The position numbers and the translations under genes are program-made. A DNA stretch of 64,000 nucleotides from Phoronis australis (taxonomy: Eukaryota > Animalia > Phoronida). Of this stretch, positions 55,750-64,000 are shown piece after piece; position 1 is the first letter of the stretch; every line of letters starts with the position of its first letter. The stretch covers positions 383,251 to 447,250 of the forward strand of contig NMRA01000253.1 in assembly GCA_002633005.1 (NCBI GenBank). Direction: 5' to 3'. The notes below the pieces were generated by a model. The model did not search any database. It was not told the origin of the DNA and saw only the letters and a program-made list of their open reading frames with translations.

Positions 55750-57573
55750 AAATTGAAGCAATACGTGAATGAGACTTAAGAAACATACGTGTGCTGACTT
55801 ATAACAATACTAAGGTTTTCCAGTGAGATCTTTAGATTAAATAAAGATTTAATAAAACTAGTGAAAACAAGAATGTGAAAAACTTGCATAACCAGCACCT
55901 AGGTGTACGTGCATCAATTGTACCAATACACAGCATTAATAACATTTGAACTAAAAGCTTGTTTACGTATCTAGAAAAGTAGTGTACACCTTTTCACATT
56001 GAATGTGGAATTTTGACACACTGACAGCCTTATCCCAAATGCTATAAAAGTCCACTACATTCATTGGCAAGATACAAAATGACCAACCTTAAGTCATGAC
56101 ATAAAAACAAAGTAAACGTAAGCAAATTCATACTGGATTATGTCTCACTATTCAACTCTTTATGTTACGCCGAAACTTCATTTGGAAACTGGATTCAGCT
56201 CTTTTAAGTTATTAAAATAACCTAAAAATACTTAAAATATAATGTGTTTAAAGCCGTAAAATTTTATATTTTAAGAATGAGCAGAAAGAGGGGAATACCA
56301 TAGGAATAAAAATATGTTGTCCATGGAGAGTTGACATACCACGCAACACCTGCATATATTACTTCTTGCCCTATTAGACGGTTAGGCATCTCTGGGCAAG
56401 CAGACTATTCCATTGCTACGCTTCCGTAGAGGTCAGTGAGACTTTGTGAAGCCATTTCTAAGAAGGCTTTGTCCAGGTATGCACTCACTTCATTAAATTT
56501 TTCACTCGCCCATGAGGGTGGGTGAGTTAAAAAACCAGTATTGGAAGTCGCCTTCTTTATATAAAAAAGAGGAAAAAAAACAAACAATGGGTCATTTTTA
56601 CTTACTTCATTTATCAACAAAAACAATTGACAACTGTATGTTAAGTTTCTACTTGACGGAAGTTTACTTCTCACTTCCACCGACGATAACGCATGATGCA
56701 ATTCTCCTAAAATAGACTTCAATCTTAGTCACAGTGGTGTTTTCGCGTTCGTCGCCGACTGAGGCGTACTTAGTTTTCCTCAGTCCAAACTTGATATTCA
56801 TTGTTTCCGCTAATTGTCTGAATATCCTTAAGTATACTTAATTATTCTGATATTGCGTGTTTGTTGTTCTGTACATGTAAATGTTTACACGAGTTTCACT
56901 TTGAATCAAAAAACATTAACGCACTCGAATAGATGGCTTTTTCTTGCAGACGTTCCTGAATAAGTCTCACTACCGACTTCACGGTATTGGTGGAGTCACT
57001 GGGTTCCGACAGGCAGTGCGGAGTTTTATGGAGTTTTCGCCAACAGCTTTCATTATGATGACCACGTGGATATTGATGGCTTCTAACACCATCAATTATT
57101 GGTGGTATTATTTACAAGTAACACCAAAAATAAGATGTTTCAACTACTTTTTGGGCGTCAAACTCATAAAAGATTTGCCCAAGTTTTGAAAATTAAAAGA
57201 ACAATAAATGATTCTACAAATTGCTATTGCCTAGACACTAAGTAGTGTAACATTCCATTTAAGGACTGTTCATTTTGCAGCACCCTGTGCAAGGGATTGT
57301 TTGCAATTCAATTTATCTTTAACTTGTAAACTTCTAGTCTAAAATTATCATGGGCGAAGAGACACGGATGTAATAACTCAGGGCGTTAACCAGTATTATT
57401 AAGACGTGTTTGTAAACGAAGTTTTCGTTGGTTTCAGTAATCATTTGGCCCATCATGTCATTTATTTAAAACTATTGAACGCCATCTTTCATCCATGAAA
57501 GCGAACTGCTGGTTTAAATTTCTCATCGCATGTTACTTATGCAGCTTGGAAATGTCATTTGGGTATCAACAAA

Positions 57574-57670
57574 TGTGTGTGCGTGTGTGTGTATGTGTGT
57601 GTGTGTGTGTGCGTGCGTGTGTTTGCATGCGTGTGTTTATATATAAATATATGTATGTATATATATTTAT
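57574..57670. repeat. (TG)n then (TA)n-like microsatellite at the 5' edge of the LINE
   Basis: Read directly from the sequence. Confidence 0.9.
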
Positions 57671-57689
57671 TTATTGATACTGATGTAAA

Positions 57690-59577
57690 TATATAATGGT
57701 GAGATTGTTAATCATTTTAATAATTATTTTAGTAATATTGCCTCACACTCCCTACTTACTCATTCTTCAAGTATATCACATATTTCTTTTTAGATCGTGA
57801 CTCCGCTGCTACATGCAGATTTGATTTTGAACCAATTTCTCCAATTGATATTAGAAAAGTGATTAATTCTTTTCCAGCTAAACCTACTTGTAGTCATGAT
57901 GGTATATCTATGAAAATAATAAAATATCTAAATAATCTATTGATTGAACCATTATGTGCTGTGTTTAACAAGTCCATTTTCAACCAAATTTTCCCAGACA
58001 ACATGAAAATTGCCAAGGTTATTCCTGTATTTATAAAAGGGGAACCGTTGTTTTTAGATAATTACAGGCCTATCTCTGTTCTTCCTTGCTTTTCTAAGAT
58101 TTTTGAAAAACTTATTTATAATCAACTTTAAGAATATTTTCAATCTAATGGCTTGCTACATCCTACCCAATGTGGTTTTCGTGGGGGGGCACTCAACAGA
58201 ACTGGCTTTAGTTGAAATTATGGATAGAATTGTCAAAGCTATGGAAAATAATAAATTACCCCTGGCCATTCTAATTGATCTTTCCAAAGCTATTGATTCT
58301 TTAAGTCATTTATGGTTGTCTTTAAGTTTCTTGAGAAACTATTTCTCTAATCGGGCTCAGTATGTTCAAATTAACAACACAAAATCTAACACAGTTCCAA
58401 TTCTACGAGGTGTCCCACAGGGATCTATATTGGGTCCGTTATTATTCATCATTTATATGAATGATTTTGTGAAGTGCACAAGTTTCTTTGACTTCATACT
58501 TTATGTTGATGATACTACTATTATTAATGGTATTCCTAGCACGTTGTCTGTTAATGAGTCACGCATGTTTCGTGCGGAGCTGGAGAAAATTCAGTCTTGG
58601 TTAAATGTAAATGGACTGGTTTTAAATGCAACTAAAACAAAATGCATGTTTTTTCATAAACCCCCAAAATGTATTGATGATTTTTATTTAAAGTTTAATA
58701 ATTTGGAAAATGAAAGTGATAGCTCTTTCAATTTACTTCAATGAAAACTTGTTATGGAGTCCACACATAAATAATTTGTTGAGAAAGATAAGCAGATTCT
58801 GTGGTGTTCTTAATAACATTAAACATTTCTTGCCCTTTGAAATTTGAAAACTGTATATAATGGCCTTGTCCTTCCTCATTTTAATTATGACATTCTGCTA
58901 TGGGGATGTGAACATTATAGAATATATAAATTACAGAAAAAGGTTATTCGCAATATTACCTCTAGTCATTTTAATGCCCATACAGATCCTTTATTTAAGA
59001 CTACACAGATACTCAAAATAAAAGACTTGTATGTTGTTGCTATTATTAAATTTTTCTACAAATATGTTCATAATTACCTTCATTTTTAACACGTTCAATT
59101 TAATAACTCGTGGGTCTGTTCATGAATAATACACTAGGCAACGACATCTTTTACATACTCCCCATTGTACTAAATCATTTGCTGAAGATTCAGTTCGAAA
59201 TGCCCTACCTCATATCATTAATAACCTTCCTGAAAATGTCTCCCAAAAACTTTTTACCCATTCGTTATCCTCTGTTATAAATTATTTTAAGAATATTTGT
59301 TTTAAAAATTGTGAACTTGAGTGCACTATTCCCAACTGCTTTGTGTGTAACTATTTTCGATAATCTCTCCCAGTCTTTACACAAGTAGTTTTAAAGTACA
59401 GTATCACCTAATTTTTCTAGTTTTGATTATCTGTAACGCTGTATTTTTTTCTTTCTTATTCTCTGGTGGCTCCGTGGTTAGCGGACCTCTCGGGTCCTTC
59501 ACGGAGTCTCCATAAGCGTAAATCTGTATCAACTGTATTTTTTACTTAAAGTGAATAAAGTGTATTACTACTACTAC
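57690..59577 (+). mobile_element. 5'-truncated, frameshifted non-LTR retrotransposon (CR1/L2/Crack-like) RT pseudogene
   Basis: Consecutive ORF pieces with KIAKVIPVF, NYRPISVLP, STELAL, IDLSKAID, GVPQGSILGPLLFIIYMND, YVDDTT, LNATKTK, LQKKVIR...HTDPLFK; 3' end has AATAAA then a (TAC)n tail near 59563-59577. Confidence 0.92.
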
Positions 59578-59764
59578 TGTATACACACGTATACATACAT
59601 ACATACATACGAATATACATACATGTTTATGTTTACATTATACATTGTACGTGGGTACAAAGACCACGGCAGATGTGAAATACGGCAAAGAATGACAAAT
59701 GGAGGATTCAGTAACTTTAATAATGTTCTGTTGAATGTCGAACGACAAGTGTCATGCTTATGCA

Positions 59765-59767
<3 letters not shown>

Positions 59768-59809
<42 letters not shown>
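59768..59809. repeat. (CA)n microsatellite
   Basis: Read directly from the sequence. Confidence 0.95.
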
Positions 59810-59811
<2 letters not shown>

Positions 59812-60267
59812 ACCCATTTACCACTATAATTTGGCAGTAATCTTTCTCGCATGCGTATTTCATTGAAGACACAACGTTTAACGAGTCTAATTTCGATTCT
59901 TTCAAATTCCGTGAAAAGACATTTTGTATTTACATCACAACAGTGCAATAAAAATCCAATACACTTCAGTAGGTAACAAAGCGATATTTCGGGACATACA
60001 TCTTATCTCCAGGCTTGCATTTACAACTAGGTCACTGTGAAATGCACATCAGAAATGACAAATGCAATGTAACACATGAAATTCGAATGCGAAACTGTTT
60101 TATCGGTCCCCGGGTATCCTGTCCGATCCCCGGGATTCCTGTTTTAAAGGTCGAGGTTCGTGTTGTACTGACTGGTTGGCTGTTTTGAAGGTTCGGGTGT
60201 TTTTTTTTCGACTCCGGGATATCTGTTTTACACCAGTTCGATGTAACACTCTCTCTCTCTATACATA

Positions 60268-60289
60268 TGTGTGTGTGTTTGTGTGTGTT

Positions 60290-60376
<87 letters not shown>
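60268..60376. repeat. (TG)n microsatellite ending at a single N
   Basis: Read directly from the sequence. Confidence 0.95.
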
Positions 60377-63092
60377 NAAATGCACATCTTTTTTGGGTAA
60401 ACCTCTGCGATTCCTAAAAATAAGTCTTTGAACTTGGACAAAAATCACGATTTTGTACACCTCACTTCACTGCCCTCAATAGAACGACGGTAAATCAACA
60501 AAGAAGACCAAGGAAGTCGTTTAAATTTTTTATTTGGGCAAAATACAGTTATTTATAATAGCCAATTGCTTTTTAAGGTTAATTATCCAATGTAACAGCA
60601 GATGAAGCGGAATACATTTACCTGTTTTTGAGGTACACTCTAGTGTCAAGTTTCTCATAATAAACGGGAAAAAACACAGTTTTTTGTGACTTTTTGAAAA
60701 CCGAACCTTCAGCAAAAAAAATGCAGTATAACAACCTATGTGATGGTGAAATGCAACATGCAAATTATGAGCTCCATCGGTGATACTGCATCCGCCAACA
60801 TTTCAAGCATTTGCAGATTCTACCAAAAAGCCCGTCTTAATTTGTTTGTAGCAACAACTTTGGATTACGGGTTATCTATTAGTGTTACAAAAATTCTGGT
60901 AATGATGAAAATATTCGAAACTGAGGTATGCGTTTTTCATCAAGGGGTCAACTGATTTACAGCTACCCATGCTCTTAGTGGTGAAATGGGGTGGGACTCG
61001 AATGGAAACAGATTTAAATTGATTATGTCGCGTCTTTGGAACAAATTAGTGACAACAAGTGCTGGAAGGTTACTAAAAATGCATTTCTATGAGAGTACTC
61101 TGTTGGTAGAAATAGTTGGATAGACGGTATCAAAAATATGTTTAAAACAAACTATTTGAATACTCAAAACATGTTTGGGCTACGTCTGTTGTAACAAAAC
61201 CCAAGTTAAGAACCTACATTTTATTTAAGCACAAGTTTTTGGCTGAACCGTATGTGAAGCTTAATCTATCTGGCTCCGAACGATATCTTTTGACTCATTT
61301 TAGAGCAGAAAATCTCCCAATGCTCTTGGAAACAGACAAGAAGCGCGCTTCAAAACGAGGCTTACTACGATAGTTCCGTTAAATAGCTACTTTTTACAAT
61401 CTCTATAAACACTGAGATTCGGAAGCGTTGGGCCGTTGCCACACGCCGCGACGCAGGAAAATATTTCCGGGTAAAGTTGGTAAATGCTTTCGGAAGTTTG
61501 ATCACATTTCTGTCACATCTTGGTTGCTGAGCATCATAGCAATGACCGCTGAATCTTCGGCCACCCAGACTGTACGTGTTTATATGAATGCTGGTTGAAT
61601 TATCATGTATTACTTTCCAAAAAGGATAGGACCCTCAATCCTTCGATTTTGGGGCCCAATATCGGTCCTATTCTCCTCTCAAAGCTATTAGAAAATCACG
61701 CAAAATTCCCTTTACTAGGCCTAAAAATTACTCCCAAGTGTTTGAAAATTGGGTCATGGTGTGAGCTGTCCTCGGTTAATGCTCTTTTGATTTTGATTTG
61801 GCAACAACCTATAACGGTTGGATTCACGTGATTTGCTTTATATTTCTGTCAGGTATCTACCTACAAGTGCGCATCTTGAAAATCCCGGGTCGGATTTTGC
61901 GATTGACTACAAACTTGCAAAAATTTCTGGTTGCAGTTCCAAATTTCAGGTCCCTGCAAAATGCGACCTGCTGCTTATTATGACGAGCGCTGAAAGATGG
62001 CCTAACAAGAGTTGGTCAGGCATACAAGGATGGTAAGAACAGCACTGCAAGCTAGAACAGTTTAAGATGTTAAACTCTGGAATCTCGGCTGCCCCGATCA
62101 ACGTGGAGCTGGGCCTTTTATAGCATCCAAGGTCACGAGTGCATTGACTGACGGAGGGTCGTCATACTCTGAACTAGAGCCAGAGTTACATTATACAGCG
62201 TCCCATATGTATGGCAATCCAAGCAACACAATTAGACTCCGGAATCATTGCACAAGTCATGAATTAGTCAAAGTACTGTTAGCCTAACATGACAAGTGAG
62301 GCAGATACCTCTGCAGGTAGTTAATCAGATATCCAGAAAGTTGCGGGGCATGCGCCCCTCATAACGTGTTACAATTCCTGTTATGTTCATAACAGAGTTG
62401 TTCAACGCCAGACACAAAGACTTTTCTTTCCTTTCGAAAATCCCACAAAAATCCTGCGGTCTGACACATGCACTTTCTAGTTCATGACCTCTCGTAACCA
62501 GTGGCGGCAAATCGCTCGCCATTCGTGTGACGTCAGCAACTGTAGAATGGGGGTCATACAATAGGTTCTTGTTCAAGCTTTCGAACTCCCTCCGGTGGCA
62601 AAGTGAAAGAAATAACCAATCAGATGCAACACGTGACAAAGAGAAGAATGAGCCAATCAGGTGAAGCCTGTGAGACCATACCGTTTCACAAGTGCTTTTG
62701 ACCCCAGATTATAGCTCGATCTTTCGCGTTGACGTTCAATATCAGCCCTACTTTTGGCCATTTTCTATTTTCGCCTACTCTTCAGTCAACGGTTCCTCTT
62801 TCACGAGATTGCGTACATGTCCCACCAAATTATAGGTAATGGTGTCATTTCATTTTTTTCTATGTTAGTACCAAACCTAACTTGAATTTCACTGAAGTAC
62901 AAACTTTGCTGCTGCGAAGCTACCACCATCTTCCGAGAGATGTCGCAATGCATTTAGGAAGTGGGTCGTGAGCGTACCGTTTCTTTGTTGAAAAAGGTGG
63001 AAAATTACGCAAGAAAATGACGTTAATTTCAGCGTTTTTTACTTGTAACGGGCAAGATGAGTACCAATTTACTTCAGATCTTGCATCCCGTG

Positions 63093-63252
63093 CAAGGGCG
63101 GATCCAGGATTTAGAGTTAGGGGGCCAGGACAGAGTATTAGCCAGGATTTTGCGCGTCAGTCATTTGCACCCCCCAAAACTGCCACATGGAATCTAAGAG
63201 AATTTTAGGGAGGTTTGGCCCCTTGCCTCCCCCCTCTGTAAAGCTGCCACTG
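63093..63252. mobile_element. MITE, CAGTGGCGGATC family
   Basis: Starts CAAGGGCGGATCCAGG, ends GCTGCCACTG; perfect 5-bp TSD CCGTG. Confidence 0.72.
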
Positions 63253-63815
63253 CCGTGGTACGTGATGTGAATTTCTAGACGTTTGTAGTAATGCTTTTGT
63301 AGTTACGTATTCGCCGCAAAATTATGGGTCATTGAGTGCACATAATTGTTAAGATACCTATCCATATACAAAACTGAAGTTGTTTTGAACTTTGATGCCT
63401 GATTTTTATATAGACGGCATCTTAAGCACTAAGCGGGCAAAAGGCAAACATTTTTACTTTTTAGAAAAACCCAGTACTACCAAATCACACTGAACAAGAA
63501 CCATCTGTAAGTGGTTCCTCAGCTGCCAATACGGGGGTGCGTTCGTACCTTTCACATCCCTTGGCTACAGGCAAGCAATTCTGTCCACATTTTCCAAATT
63601 GCGAGACAGAAAGCGCCGCTGCCCAATTTATGTGTAACCGCGTAATGATGCACCAGGCGTACTTGTCAATTTTGCGGTAATGGTACACATGTACGCTATC
63701 GCCCACAGTAAAAATGTGGCGAACTGTGTGTATGAGTGCCTACACCAGTGCTCGGCGACTTTGTCTCAAGAAAAAAGTATATCTAGGAGTGTATGTATTT
63801 CGAGGCACTAGGCGT

Positions 63816-64000
63816 GGGGTCTAGGTGTAATCCTTGAACTCGACATCGAATTCCAATTTAGTTTTCCTGGGATTTTTGTACAAACTCAAGATAAGTGTTA
63901 ATTATTCAGTACTAAAGTAAATTATATTTTAATAAGAGAGCTCATGTTCCAGTTTGCAATGGGTAATCCTTAGATCTGAGCCACGAAGTCGAGAAAAATC
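63816..64000. mobile_element. MITE, GGTGTAATC-TIR family (cut by window end)
   Basis: GGGGTCTAGGTGTAATCCTTGAACTCGACATCGAATTCCAAT...CAAACTCAAGATAAGTGTTAATT matches the family left arm. Confidence 0.62.

Noticed and set aside
56405-56722. ORF with FL...P..W resembling hATm transposase C-terminus
   Set aside because: The diagnostic VND-x-AER motif was not found and the similarity is too weak.
29874-60460. ORFs rich in HT, VC or ER repeats
   Set aside because: Translations of (CA)n, (TG)n and (GA)n microsatellites.

Overview
Eukaryotic, intron-rich, roughly 38% GC genomic DNA; the look is marine invertebrate, possibly lophotrochozoan (inference only). Two features dominate. (1) A minus-strand gene assembled by hand from 26 GT-AG exons (ATG 49886 to TGA 12809, 2952 nt, 983 aa), which the ORF track shows only in fragments. 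It encodes signal peptide, astacin prodomain (FEGDI), intact astacin zinc-metalloprotease domain (HELLHALGFFHEQSRADRD, SIMHY), 11 tandem ShK-like six-cysteine domains with Thr/Pro-rich linkers, and a C-terminal MAM domain. Every ShK and linker exon is a symmetric phase-1 cassette. (2) An intact, very young Ty3/Gypsy (Mag-like) LTR retrotransposon at 4446-9104 with apparently identical 161-bp LTRs, a GTCAG TSD, PBS, PPT and a single gag-pol ORF. The remainder holds two decayed LINEs, two tRNA-derived SINE heads, several MITE families (one with recurrent 5-bp TSDs), a 1.9-kb P-like non-autonomous element just upstream of the astacin start codon, microsatellites and small assembly gaps. All coordinates and alignments were read by eye; no database search was run.
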